A stretch of 58,239 bases of DNA, counting the filler, from Jimgerdemannia flammicorona (Eukaryota): the NCBI GenBank assembly GCA_003990765.1. It is 3 parts of 3 records of this genome, joined end to end, with 100 filler letters (N's around TTAATTAATTAA, not from the genome) between each part and the next. Parts side by side here need not be neighbours in the genome. Positions count along the whole stretch, not along the records: positions 1 to 19,348 come from RBNJ01001960.1; 2 more parts are not named here. One strand, written 5' to 3'. Positions 1 to 13,100 of the stretch are shown piece by piece. Each line of letters starts with the position of its first letter. The stretch's first letter is position 1. The position numbers and the translations under genes are program-made. The notes beneath the pieces were generated by a model that was given only the letters and a program-made list of their open reading frames with translations, did no database searches and was not told the origin of the DNA.

Positions 1-1465
1 TGGTAATATTTGAAATATTAGTAGTAACTATAAAGAGTCCTATAGAGTCAGAGCTGATCAGGATTAGTATATTAATTAGTAATTTCTTGAGAGTATTTAT
101 AGCTATAGTATATTCTTCTGTCTATTCTTGAATAATTTTTCAATAGTATCTAGCTAGTCTATTAAATTTTTATAGAGACTTAAGAATTTTTGAAATAGAC
201 TAATTTTAGATTATATCTTTTTTGAATTAATAGTAATACTATTTATTAATACTCTGAATGAGTCAATTTAATCCAGATTGGATTTGAATTGAATTCAGAT
301 TGAATTCTATCTGGATTGATTCAAATTAATCATTGTTTTGATTTCCAAATTAGATAATTAAATATTTATATTAATAACTTAATGAATAATTATCTAATTT
401 TGATAATCTTAGTATTATTTAAAAGTCTTTAATATGGCCTTTCTAATGATATCAAGAACATTAAAATCAGATTACATATTGCTGAGCTATTAAGAAAAAT
501 GTTCATTTGAAGAAATTTTCAAAATTAGTAAGTCAAATAATTTCCAAAAATAGCAAGTCAGATATTTTCCTTAATAACTCAGTAATATATGATCTAATTT
601 CAATATTCTTAATATCATTAGAAAGGCCTTATTAAGGGCTTTCAAATGATACCATAATTATTAAAATTGGATGATTATTTATTAAGTTATTAATGTAAAT
701 ATTTAATTGTCTAATTTGGAAATTAAAACAATGGTTGGTTTGAATCAATCCAGATGGGATCTGTATCAGCTCATTTAGAGTACCACTATTTACTGATATA
801 ATATATCTCCAATATTTAATTTTCTTCTTGAAGAAATAATATTTCTTTTTCTTTACTGAGAGTTTGTATATATTTACAGAATATATCAAAGATTATCTGA
901 AGGAATTATCAGTGATTAGAGTTACTTATATTGTATACTAAGATGTTATCCAGATATATTAGAACAAATACTCTAAGATATTCTTGAAAAATATTATTTA
1001 TTAATATCTGAAAAGTTACTAATATATTAGTGAGACCAAAAGATATTATATAAAATTCATAGTATTCAAAATACTGTCTTTAAGATATCTTCTTCTTTAA
1101 TAAAAATTTGATAGTATTTAGATACTAGATTAATGAGTAAAGATATTTTGGTATTATATATTTAGTTGAGTAGCTTATTAATTTATAAAAGTGGATATTA
1201 GTTCTTAATAGAGATCTTGTTAAGTATTTAGTAATTAATATATATATAGAGACTTCTATCTTTCTTGTAGATAAAAAGGATTAGTATACCCTATAGTAAC
1301 TTTAAAGAATATATAAGATCTTTATTTAATAGATCTGTTAGCTATTCCTTAAGGGTTTCTATCTTAGACTGAGCTAGATAGTAAATTCTACAGTAGAGAG
1401 AATTTATATCAAGAGTGATCTCAATACTATATTTTACTATTCATATAGATAATAGTTTTTGGGGT
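1..1465 (-). pseudogene. Heavily mutated Ty3/gypsy reverse transcriptase relic, interrupted by a hAT MITE
   Basis: The reverse complement reads as decayed RT motifs (ILFIYKKDRSL..INY..LNKISIKN.YPL, IKEEDILKT, FGLTN...TFQ, YLDNILVY), with many stops and extreme AT richness. Confidence 0.7.
247..785. mobile_element. Non-autonomous hAT-family foldback MITE
   Basis: The ends TAATACTCTGAATGAGTCAATT and revcomp TGGTACTCTAAATGAGCTGA are transition-decayed versions of the hAT terminus at 18139 (TAGTGCTCCGAACGAGTCAATT). The 8-bp TSD is ctatttat (239-246) / ctatttac (786-793). Internal inverted arms lie at about 309-503 and 561-755. Confidence 0.85.
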
Positions 1466-2995
1466 TGTTAAAAAAAAATTTATTTAATATAACAGTGACC
1501 CCAGAATGATGACATCAGTACAGGAGACAGTCTTTCCTTATAAGCTACCAGATCAGAGTACAAAAAGATTATACAGCATATGAGATAAGCAATAATGACC
1601 AACTGTGAGTCATTGTGACCACAGTACAAGTATCCTGAGAAATATAAAAGAAGGATCAAGGAACTGTAGTAGCAGCAACCAACAAGACCCACCAATTCCA
1701 AAATAGCTCAAAGACTTACTATAAATGAAATACCTGCTGCTCACTAAACCTCAAGATCAAGGAACTACCAAGGTATCTCAGTTGAAGAAAGGATGTTCCA
1801 AGACATCAGAAGAGCCATGAGGACCTGCTCAAGAAGGACTCCTAGTATCAACCTAGATATTAGTAACTCTTATCACTATATTCTCTACTACCATGAAATG
1901 GAAATAAGAATCACCATTGCTATCGAATACCTCCAAATATAGCAGGAGTATGAAATATGAAATCTCCTCTGCCAGAAGTTCCCACAGACCAGTTCTCAAG
2001 AGCTACAAGATACCACTTCCATGGATATATGTGAGATAAGAATGGCTAAGAAGATCCATCAGATCTTCAGGCATGCATCATGGTTGATCCCTAACTTGGA
2101 GTATGTTAGAGTCTCAGATTTCAGAGACCTGTCATCCCACTATATCAATATACTAGAAGCCAGAGTGGCTACAGAAGCCCAGTCTACTATCACTCTCAAT
2201 AGTGATGAAGTAGAAAACTTCTAGCATCCCATCCTTCAGGACAACCCAGACCAATTTCTGTAAGAATTGATCTCAGTATTCTAAGGCCCAAGCATCCAGA
2301 TTAGACCTCCCCAAGACCCCATATTTATTCACTATTTTGTAGAAGAGAACCTCATAGACTAGAGAGCTCCAGACCTCCTTCTTACTGCTGAATGTGATGA
2401 TGTCATCAGCAATGACATCATCCCACATGACATATATAAAATATATGATAAAGTATATGAAGTATACAAAACATATGATGATGACAAATTCACAGATCTC
2501 ATCTCCTTTGAAGATATCCTGACCTCTGATGATGAAGTCCTCATAGTCCTGAATATTCTGCTCTAAGTCTCTTGGTTACACTGAATAATACCAGTACTAG
2601 CATTCTGATGTGATATTAAATTATACCAGTATCCTGAACCTATACAACCATCAGTACTGACCCTGGAACTTAGTAGTTTTTCCTGTCCTGGTATTTTATT
2701 TTAGTTATTGGAATTTATATTTAGCTTTATATCTTAGCAACCATTGAATTATATTTTGTATAAATATCTCTCTTATTTTCTCTGAAATAAAGTCAGTTCT
2801 GGTTTACTTATATATACTTCCTTGTAAGCAATCTAAGAGATAACAAGATAGTTAAAGATAAGAAGTTTGAGGACTATAAGACCTTGGGAAGGCACTCTAA
2901 TAAGAACTTACTTATAACAAACTTGAGTTAGTTTAAGAGATATATCTTGAAGAGAATCCGATATATTTGAAGGACTCAGTGACCACTTTGTGACA
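1466..2995 (+). repeat. Putative 5' LTR of element A (right end firm, left end uncertain)
   Basis: Ends ...TGTGACA, followed by a PBS-like TGGTGCCC. The last ~185 bp match the inverted copy at 38609-38794. TATA (about 2759) and AATAAA (about 2786) are present. The start at tgtta (1466) is inferred. Confidence 0.6.
1506..2566 (+). pseudogene. Decayed accessory ORF of unknown function upstream of the TATA in the element A LTR
   Basis: Includes ORF 2021-2224 (IRMAKKIHQIFRHASWLIPNLEYVRVSDFRDLSSHYINIL) and an acidic tail. Resembles the LTR ORF of element B. Confidence 0.55.
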
Positions 2996-2998
2996 ACT

Positions 2999-3015
2999 TG
3001 GTGCCCATTGGCTGG
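2999..3015 (+). promoter_or_regulatory. Putative tRNA primer-binding site of element A
   Basis: TGGTGCCCATTGGCTGG lies 3 nt after the LTR end. The tRNA species is not identified. Confidence 0.6.
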
Positions 3016-5209
3016 TGATTCAAGATGAATCCCCCACTTTCAAGCTGAAAAATGAACAACCCCCACAATAACTACTCTGACTACAAGAGTCACCCCTGCA
3101 AGAATTCAAGATAAGATGGAAATGTGCCCCCCCATATTCTATAGATATACTACTGAAGAGTCAATCCTGACCTTCATTGAAGACTTTAAACAATTCACCA
3201 CTATATGAGCCCTTGGTGTAGATGCACAATTGGCCCTTCTACCAGTCAGCCTCAGAGGACCTGCCAGAGACAAGTTCAATATAGCCACTATTGCCAATAA
3301 TGATATAGCCAAACTTGCCAATATGAAGGCCTTCTTCAGAACAACATACTATACTGAAGAAATCAAGCAAGCTCTCAAGGATCAACTCAATACTATCTGC
3401 CAGAGACTTAGTGAAGATCCCAACTCATTCTATACCCAAACCTACTATCAGATTGTCTTGGCTGACTATGATGATGCCCTCAAGGAACAAATAGTGAATT
3501 TAACCTTCTTCAAAGGAGTTCACTCTGAAATTGCCCTAGCAATCTGGTCTACCCCAGCTGCACTGACCCTTGATCAGAAAGTAGTCTTTGCATAGAGATA
3601 TTAGACTTCCAGACACCCTGCTGAATACTCAATGGAGAAAATAACTAGCATCAAGATGGAGCCATTAAAGCCAACCAGTATTATACCTGCTACAGTTATA
3701 AACAGACAACCAACCCCACCTACCCCCAAGGCAGCCAAAGCTGACCCAGTGGAAGAACTCACCAAGTAGTTTACTGAGATGACTACATACCTTAGTGATG
3801 TTGTTAGAGAAGTCCAAAGTACCAACAGGAGACCAGTGCAGAGATTTGCAGCTACTATAAAAGAATATAATATCACATGATTCAGATGTGAAGAAGAAGG
3901 CCACTATGCAAAGAATTGCATAACTGAAATGAGATGCAAGGCCCAACCAAGTAATGCTAGCAGAACTAGAGAACAAACCAATGCAGTAGTCATCGAGGAG
4001 ATTGGTGACACTGATAATAAAGAATACTATGAGGAGCTTGAATTCTACTCTACTACTAAAGGTACCAGAACCCAGTTCAAGCCCTATGACAAGAAGAGCA
4101 ACAGCAAGCCAGTTGGAAGACCAAAAAAGATTCTAGCTATTACTATTCAAAGCAAGACTCAATCTGAGGAGATTGATCAAGACATAGAGTTAGATGAAGT
4201 TGTTTGCCAAATCATTAAAGGCACTACTCCAGTTTCAGGAGAAAGTGAAAGCAAGAAGAAACAGAAGCTGTACAAGACCAAGATCCACCAGTATGATATC
4301 TACAAGGACCTCAAAGAATAGAAGATCAATGCTACTTTTGGACAACTAGCTGAAGTCCCTGCCTTCAGACAGCAGTTGAGAGTAGGACTTGCAACTACTG
4401 CCAAGAATCAAGAGTACAAGATTATAGAAGCTCATAATGCACAGAAAAAATCTGAAAACTCAGATGAAGAATCTGAAGACTAGTGCAAGACATCAGCCTA
4501 TACTCTATGTTAGATTGAAGACTATATCTTTGATACCATCATTGATACCAGTGCTGGAGGATGCCTCATGCGCAAGAAGACAATTGACCACCTAGGTTGG
4601 GATATTGAAGAGTCCACCAAGATGATCTATATTACAGCAGATAGTATATGAGCTATTCTCCTTGACAAAATCCAAGAAGTCCCCATCAAGATAGGAGGAG
4701 CTATGATCTCAGTAGATGTGATTGTTATAAGTGCCACCAACTATGACATCCTTATTGGCAACTAATGGCTTCACAAGGCTAAGGCCATCATTGACCTCAA
4801 TGCCCAGAAGATGCAGATCAACTATAGAGGAAGAAAGGTACAAGTCTCTATCAATATCCACAAAGGAGTTCTACCAGACATAGAGAAAGGAGATGAAGAG
4901 AATACAGAGGTCTTTATGCACTCAATGAATAAGAATAAGAATAAGAACAAGACACCAAAGCTCACAGATAAGTAGTGGTACAACAAGATTATTGATAACT
5001 ATGTCCCTCAAGGAAGATGCCCCCATAGTACTAGGATGTACTGCTCTGAACACCTGAATGACTGCTGGTCCTGTATCAGTGAAGTTAGGAAAATCTACCA
5101 ACAGAAACATGAGCAAGAAGCTACTAAAGCAAAAAGAAAAGCTGAAGAAGATGACCAGCCCTCAGAGCTTCAAGCTAACAGTAATGATGAGGAGGAATAA
5201 GAATCAGAC

Positions 5210-5630
5210 ATCACCCTCAAGGTCAAGAAGTTTTACCCTGAAGCCAAGATCCCAGAATATAAGACTGAAGGAGCCATAGGAATGGACCTTGCCAGTATTC
5301 AAGATGCTACTCTCGAACCACAGACCACCACCCTACTTAGTACTGGAATTGGAGTCAAGCTGCCAGAAAACCATACTAGAATTATCAAAACCAGGAGCAG
5401 TCTGGCCAAAAGTGAAATCTCAGTTAAAGGAAGAGTAATTGACCCTGATTACACTGGTGAGATCTTCCTTATAGTCAGAAATCACAACCCCACCACCCTA
5501 TTCAAAGTTAAGAAGCATAACAGGATTGGCCAGATGCTGATCTATGAAATCAAGAAACCCAAGATCACTGAAACCATTGAACTCATCAAGACCAAGAGAG
5601 GAGAACAAGACTTTGGATCTACTGGAAGAG
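5210..5630 (+). pseudogene. dUTPase domain of element A, between protease and RT
   Basis: Motifs GAIGMDL, TRSSLA, GRVIDPDYTGEI, RIGQML, RGEQDFGSTG. Confidence 0.92.
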
Positions 5631-7576
5631 GAGCCAATATCACTACTAAGATTACTGAACTTAAGCATAAGAAAGACAAGGACCAGAACAAGCACACATA
5701 TACTATTGGAGAAAACTTTCCCCTGGAGGAACAACTTCTCAAGATCCTGCACCAGAATGAAGGGGTACTTGCTACAGACTTTAGAGATATCCACAATCAA
5801 GAACCCAAGTACTACCATGAAGTTGACACTAGTGATACCAAGCCCATCTACCAGAAAGCTAGACCCATATCACCTGCCTACAGAGAATGGCTGCAAGCAG
5901 AACTCAAGGAAATAGAAGAAGCTGAAATCATCAAGCAAGCTATCAGTCCCTGGGCTTTACCCATTGTCCTTACTCTGAAGAAAGAAAGCAAGTCTGGAGA
6001 GTTTGTATGAAGACTCTACATTGACTATAGAAAGCTCAATGCCATCACTAAGAAGGATAAACAGCTCTTGCCAAATATTCAAGAAATCCTTACCACTCTT
6101 GGAAGTGAAGCCAAATACTACACTACCCTGGATCTATTCTCAGGCTTCTATCAGATTGATCTCACTCAAGATGCTAGTGAGAAATCAGCCTTCATCACAC
6201 CTGATGCCATCTATATCTACCTGCAAATGCCATTTGGAATGTGCAATGCCCAAGTAAGTTTCCAGTAAATGATGAACAGAGTCTTCAGCAATGAGATTGG
6301 AAAATGGCTCTTTGTCTATATTGATGATATGATCATCTTCAGCAATACTGCATGGGAATATGTCAATCACATATAGCTAGTCCTCAAGAAGCTCAAGGAG
6401 CATGGCCTCTATATTAAGCCCAAGAAATACAAGTTTGCAGCTCAATAAATTGCCTATCTAGGACACCTCATCAATCAGACCAGAATCCACACAGACCCTA
6501 TGAAGATCAAGGCTGTTGCAGCCTACCCAAGATCCAGAACAACTACAGAAGTCCACACCTTCCTTGGACTGGCCAGCTACTACAGAAGATTCATCAAAGG
6601 ATACTCTAACATTGCAGTACCTATCTACAAGCTACTGAAGAAAGAAATCAAATTTGAATAGACCAAGGAGTACCAAGAAATCTTCAATGAACTCAAGACC
6701 AGGTTGACCTAAGTATCTATCCTCAGAAGACCAGATTGGAACCTAGAATTCATCCTGCAGACAGATACAAGTGCTATAGGACTTGAAGCAGTCCTAGCTC
6801 AGAAGAAAGATGGACATGAATATGTCATCTCCTATGTAAGCTGAGGTACCCATGGAGCAAAACAGAACTATGAGTCATATAAGCTTGAATGCTTAGCAGT
6901 AGTCTGGGCAGTAGATAAGTTCTACTACTACCTAGCTAGGAAATACTTTACTATTCAAACAGACTATTCTGCTCTTGCCTGGCTATTCCACACTCTGAAC
7001 TCCAAAGGAATATATGCCAGATGGATCTACAGGCTGCAAGAGTATAACTGTACTGTCAAGTACTGCTCAGAAAGAACCAATACCAATGTTAATGCACTCT
7101 CAAGAACACTCTGAAACACCCCCATCAAGATTACTCAACATGAATAAGGAGCTATACTATGGATTAATCAGCTACCTTGGGCAGCGGAAGATGCTCAACT
7201 ATCTTGAACCCTGGACAATTACCATTATCAACCAGACTTAGAAACAGTTTGAACTAGACAATACTATACTCAGAAAAGGTAGAAAGCTAGTAATACTTAA
7301 ATACAAGAAGTATCAAGTAATGAAGGAAGTATATGAGCAAGGATACCTAGGAGAAACTAACATATATGACAAGGTAAGAAAAACCATATGATGGCCCAAG
7401 ATAGAAGAAGACCTGCATCAATTTATCAAAGAGTATGACAAGTATCAAAAACAGAAATAAGATCAGTAAGACCAGGTACCCAGATCATTAATAATTGAGC
7501 CTATCCCCTTCCACCACATTGTAATGGATATCATTGAGCCACTATCAGTAATACTATCAGGAAACTACTATATTAT

Positions 7577-9587
7577 TATAAGAGGGTTGCTTTTTAGAAT
7601 AACCATTATGTAGTTCTGGAAGAGTTTTCTGGAAGTTCTGGATGTTCTGGAAGACCATTTTCTTATAGTCAAGATCAATTTCATATGGAGTACATTCTCT
7701 ATACTTATTGATTTTAAGTTTGGGTTGACATCTCAACCAAAGTCCTTTTTCAGACTAGTTCTAGATGTTTAGGATTTTCCATATTTCAGGAAGTTCAAGA
7801 AACTAAGACCAGCTTAGTTGAATTGGTGTATCGCTGCAGACAATACCCAATTAGGAAATTTTGTGATAGGGTTAGAAGTGGGACCTAATAGAGAGCAGAT
7901 TTACTTAAGAGTGGTTTGTGAGTTATTAAATAAGTTTATTTACTATTCATGATATTACTATACTAGGAGTAGTTGTATAAAGAGATATTGTGGGAAAGTG
8001 CTTAGGAGTTGTGTTCAGATTGTTTAAGTCTTTCAAGTCTGAGATTCTGAGGTCTGAGAGAGGGGGTATTTATACTAGTGAGGGGCTATCTAGACTATAC
8101 TAGATATGGATATAGCACTAAGTACCTTGCTGAGTCGAAATACAGTCACATCATACAAGGCTAATCTAACTATACTATGACTGCTAAGCTAATTATAGGT
8201 TTAGATACTATCTGGGTAGTCTTCAATGACATCACCATCAATGAAATCATCTCTGATGAAGTAGTTGTCTAGGAAGAGTGGTTTGCAGATTACTTCTTCT
8301 TGTTCGCTGAGATAATAATACATTGGAACTTCATCACTATCTTACAAGATAGCATCATCTGTCTTGTATGCTGGATAAGGTGTTGGGGGGTAAAGGAGTG
8401 GTGCATTATCTTTGCTTTCATCAGATTCACTGTCTGCATACCTTCTGTAGGTTACAGTACTATGAGTCATGGGGTTGTAGTATACTGGTAGCTGTGGTTC
8501 ATGTTGCTTGTACTTGGGTGGTGGAGTGGTTGGTTTGATCTCAAGAGTTGTCTGGAGGTACAGATTATGTTCTCCAGTCTCTTCATTATAGTTGAAAGTA
8601 ATCAGGGGTAAATATAAGTTAGTATTCATACTAGTGATTATTGTCCCAATAAGTCTCATATGTGGTTATAAACTATTGTAAGTTCATCAGCAAGATTGGT
8701 GGTATAATTAGTATTGGCAGAGATCCTTAGCTTGAGGTCATGTCAGTGTCAGAGGGATCATTATCTTCTGCTTCATCTTCATTGAACTAGATTATATCAT
8801 AGATATCCTTTATAGTGTATCTAATTTGGGACATTTGCAGGATGTGGTCATCGGGGTACAAGAAGGTTCTGTCTATAGTCTGGATGTACTCGAGGTACTT
8901 GTGGTTGAGTTCTTGTATCATATCATCAATTTGGCCATAGGACAGAGTAGCAACCATTTTACTGGTAGTAACTCAGAGGTAGGAATAAAGGTGCTATACT
9001 CATAAAAGAGTTCTCTATGTTTGTGGGCAATGAGCTTCTGGTGTTGAGACATCTGGATAATGTTCATATCATGGTGGTGTTCAACTATGTCTTCTAGGAG
9101 GTGGCCAATCTAGTAGTAGCTTGAGATTTGTCTGATTTAGTGGGCCTCATTAAGCATGTTTAGAGCATTCCATCAGGCTTTCATGAAGTAGAGGGGTGCT
9201 AGGCTATGAATATTCATGAGAGACAGAGGGGGTGTGGCTTGATTGACAATGGCATTCCAAATGTCAGTATAGATGTGATTGTATATCTCAGTGGTCATGT
9301 TTATATATGTTCAGAAGTTATGGTTGCTGTTTGTTTTGGTTTTCTGTTTGACATGTCTTAGTGCTCAGTATATATGCATTTGGTCCTAATTGGTAAGATT
9401 CTGTTTATATAAATCTTGTATTCTGTGACTTCATATTGACTCAGCTTTGTGTGCTGTGACTTTGGTTTGACTCAGCTTCATGATCGAGCAGATGATTTCC
9501 AGATTTATTTAGAGATCACATGTGATTTCAGTGGCTTGTTCGGAGGGTGATGTGTGATTTCTGTGGCTTAGAGGTTGTATGCTTACA
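7577..9587 (-). repeat. 3' LTR of element B (~2.0 kb)
   Basis: Direct repeat of 16106-18094, differing almost only by transitions, and preceded on the minus strand by a polypurine tract. Confidence 0.95.
8201..9298 (-). pseudogene. Accessory ORF (~365 codons, decayed) in U3 of the element B 3' LTR
   Basis: MTTEIYNHIYTDIWNAIVNQATPPLSL...RQISSYY.IG.LLED...KLIAHK..ELF...LSYGQIDDMIQEL..., then an acidic tail. Some stops are not shared with the 5' LTR copy (e.g. TAA at 8727 vs CAA). Confidence 0.7.
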
Positions 9588-10034
9588 ACTCTCCCCTTCT
9601 TAGCTTTCAACATCCTTATCAGGGCCTTCTAATTTGTTCTAGCATTGTTATACCATTTGAAAGGTCAAAAGTCCAGTAAAGTCCATTTTTCTCAGAAAGT
9701 GGCATGCTCATAATATAGTTGCCTAACATATTGGATTTATATGTTAAAGGGTCATGTGTTCAATGCTATATGCCAGAAGTGATTCTGACATCATTCACTA
9801 CTGGAGAATTTCCTTTAAGGAATCTTCTTAAATGTCTATGCCTAGTTTCCCACCAGTGGTATGGGGAGAATAGGCTGGCTTTCAGTTTTGCTATTTTTCT
9901 AGAGGATCAGTATTCTTTTGTCTTAGTTTGCTGAGTTCTTAATTTTGTTCATGATAATTATAATATTTGGAAGATAATATATAGTATGTATGGTGTCAGA
10001 GTATTCAGATTTTAATTGTTCAAGGAATCATGTT

Positions 10035-10185
10035 CCTGAACTAAGTCAGTAGCATTCTGGAGATTGGTCTTGGGTTTCCATGTTACATCATGGATCAGGT
10101 ATCCTTTCCATTTGACAAGGTACTCAGGGTGGTTCTTGTTGCCACATTTGTTGAGGATTTGTTCAACTTTGTATTCTTCTTGGTC
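10035..10185 (-). pseudogene. Integrase C-terminal chromodomain of element B
   Basis: EEYKVEQILNK...PEYLVKWKGYLIHDVTWKPKTNLQNA. Confidence 0.9.
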
Positions 10186-13100
10186 ATTAATAATGACAGG
10201 TGCAGGGGGTTCTGTGGCTTGGTTTGGAAATAGTTCATCATCATTGTCATTGTATCGCTTGAGACATTAGACATTAAAGACTAGATAAATCTTAATGGTG
10301 TCTGGTAGTACCAATTTGTAAGAAGTGGGAGAGACTTGTGTGATGACTTTGAATGGTCCAATGAACTTGCTGTTTAGCTTCGTAGATGGTCTGTGCTTCA
10401 GGTTGTCTACTCGATACCCTTGGATGTCTAGTAGAACTTTTTCTCCAATGTCAAAGGTTTCTTCTCAGCAGTGTTGGTTAACATACTGTGACTGTTGTTC
10501 TTAAGCTTACAATAAATTCTCAATTGCAATCTGGCTCAGATTACACATTTGGAGTAGGAATTCTTCAACAGCTTCGACTGTGGAGAGTTCTTCAGTGGTT
10601 CAGATAAGTGTCAAAGAGGTGTTTGGGTTTTGTCCAGTATTGGTGAAAAATGAGGTCATTCCTAGAGAGGCTTGCTTGCTGTTGTTATAGATAAACTTGA
10701 CTGTGGTCAAGTGTTCATACCAATCATCTTATCTGTAGGAAACATAGTTCCTTAGCATTTATTCTAGAGTTCAGTTCATTCTTTCAGTTTGGCCATCAGT
10801 TTCTGAGTGAAAGGCTGTGGATAGTGCAAGTTTTGTTCCAAGGTATGCATGGAGGGCTTTCCAAAAATGGCTGGTGAATTTCAGGTCTCGGTTGCTAATA
10901 ATGATCTTAGGAAGACCATGATAGCAGAAGATGTTGTCAAATAAGAGTATGCTATGTCTGGTGCTATTGCAGTAGTAGTAGTAGGTACAAAGTGGGCTTA
11001 TTTGCTGAGATAATCTACAAAGACAATAATTGTATCTTTTCCATTCTTGGTTCAGGGTAGTTGTACAATAAAGTCCATAGAGATTTGTTCCCAATTCATG
11101 GATGGTACTGGGATAGGGTGGAGTAAGCCAGGTTTTGCTAGTGTTGAGGACTTGTTTCATTGGTAGGCATCACAGGAAGTGATGTAGGTTTTGAGCTGAT
11201 CTGCTATGTAGGGCCAATAGAAGTTTCAGAAGATAACTTTATAGCATTTGTCAAATCCTAAATGTCCAGCTGTAGGGGCATTGTGACATTCGAATAGGAT
11301 AGTCCTTTGGAGGTCTTGGTTGTTTAGGATATATAGTCTGTCCTTGTAGTAGATGGCATTGTTCTTGAGTTGGTATTGATGGTACTGGGTATGCTTATCA
11401 GTATCATCACTATTCAGAATTTCTTGGAGTGCTTGAGCTTCCTTATCATCAGCATATGCTGCAATAATTTGTTCCATAATAGTGTTGGTAATCAAGGTGA
11501 GGGTTTGGATAACTTCTTCAATTAGTAGTCTGGATATTGTATCAGCAACAATGTTTTCTTTGCTAGGGCAATACTGGATTTCATAGTTAAAGTTAGTGAG
11601 GACTTTCATCCATCTGGCTTGCTTTCAAGAAAGGGTAGCCTGTGTCTTGATGTTGACTAATGACTTGTGGTCAGTCAATACAGTGAAGTGTGCTCCTTCT
11701 AGGTAAGGTTGTTATTTGATCAGAGTATCTACAATGGCTAGCATTTCCTTCTCATGGGTTGCATAGTTGATTTCAGCATCATTGAACTTGCAGAAATGAT
11801 AGGTGACTGGGTGTCTTTCTTGCATGAGTACTGCTCCAAGAGCTAGATCAGAGGCATCAGTTGTGACTTCATATGGTAGGGCAGAATTTGCTGCTTGAAG
11901 TACTGGAGTGGTTATCAAGGCATCCTTCAGTGCTTGAAAGGCTGTATCTTGTTCAGGTCTCCAATTTGCAAGATTGTTGAAGTCTTTCTCTTGTTTCATA
12001 GTCCAGGGCTGTTCTTCTTTCTTGCTGTGCTTGGTCATTTGGGTGAGAGCAGTGGTGATTTTGGCAAAGTTAGCAACAAATCATCTATAATAGTTTGCTA
12101 ATCTCAGGAATAACTGGAGGTCTTTCAGCTTTCATGGTCTGGGCCAATCCTTGATTGCAGAAATTTTGCAGGGGTCTACTTTGATTCTATTTGGTGTGAC
12201 AATGTATCTAAGGAATTGAATTTCCTTCAGTAGGAATTCACACTTGCTAAGTTTTACAAAGAGTTAGTTTTTTTGGAGTTTCAGTAGTACTAGTTCAAGG
12301 TACTCAAGATGTTTCTCCAGGGTTTTGCTAAAGACTAGGATGTCGTCAATATAGATAACAACAAATTTGTCCAAGTATGGGTGCAGGATAGTATTCATCA
12401 GTATCTGGAAGGTTGTAGGAGCATTAGTTAAGCCAAAAGGTATAACCAGGAATTCGAAATGTCCATAGTAGGTTCAGAAGGCTGTCTTGTAGATATCTTC
12501 TTCTTTCATAGTGATTTGCCAGTAACCATTTCGCAGATCAAAAGAGCTCATGAATTGTGGGTTGGTAAGCTTATCAAATATTTCATCAATTCTTGATAGT
12601 GGGTAACAGTTCTTGATGGTCTGTTCATTGAGGTCATGGTAATCAATACACATTCGTAAGTCTCCTCCTTTCTTGATAATAAAGAGTACCAGTGCACTAT
12701 AGGGTGACACACTGGATCTGATGAATCCTTGTTCTAGGAGTTTATCAATTTCTTTCTTAAGTACATCAATTTCTCTTAGAGACATATGGTAGATTGACTT
12801 GAATGCTGGTTTGGCATCAGGGATAGTTTTGATGGCATAGTCTACTGCTTGTTTAGGTGGTAGGCCTTTCGGAAGTTTCTTCAGAAATATGTCTCAGAAT
12901 TTCTGAAGTAGTGGTCTGACATAGCTGTCAACTTTGGAAAAATCTTCTTCAGAGTTCTTGGGTTCTTCTTTGGATGGATGGATGGAGATAGCAAAGAGAG
13001 GGCATTTCTTGGCCAATTTCTTAAGTTAGAGCTTGTTGATGTGGGTGATCTTTGGTCCAGAGTTATTAGAACTGAGTGGGTCCTTTTCACCTTACAGTTT

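Larger units (their letters stand above)
1466..7576 (+). mobile_element. Degenerate Ty3/gypsy LTR retrotransposon A (LTR-gag-PR-dUTPase-RT-RNaseH-IN), interrupted in integrase by element B
   Basis: Gag CCHC (xFRCEEEGHYAKNC, about 3877-3919), protease IIDTSAGG (about 4540), dUTPase, RT (LDLFSGFYQI, MPFGMCNA, VYIDD at 6317), RNase H (LQTD.SA.G, KLECLAVVWA) and IN start. The left boundary is inferred. Confidence 0.9.

Noticed and set aside
8201..9298. env gene
   Set aside because: No visible signal peptide, furin site or transmembrane anchor; the tail is acidic and hydrophilic.
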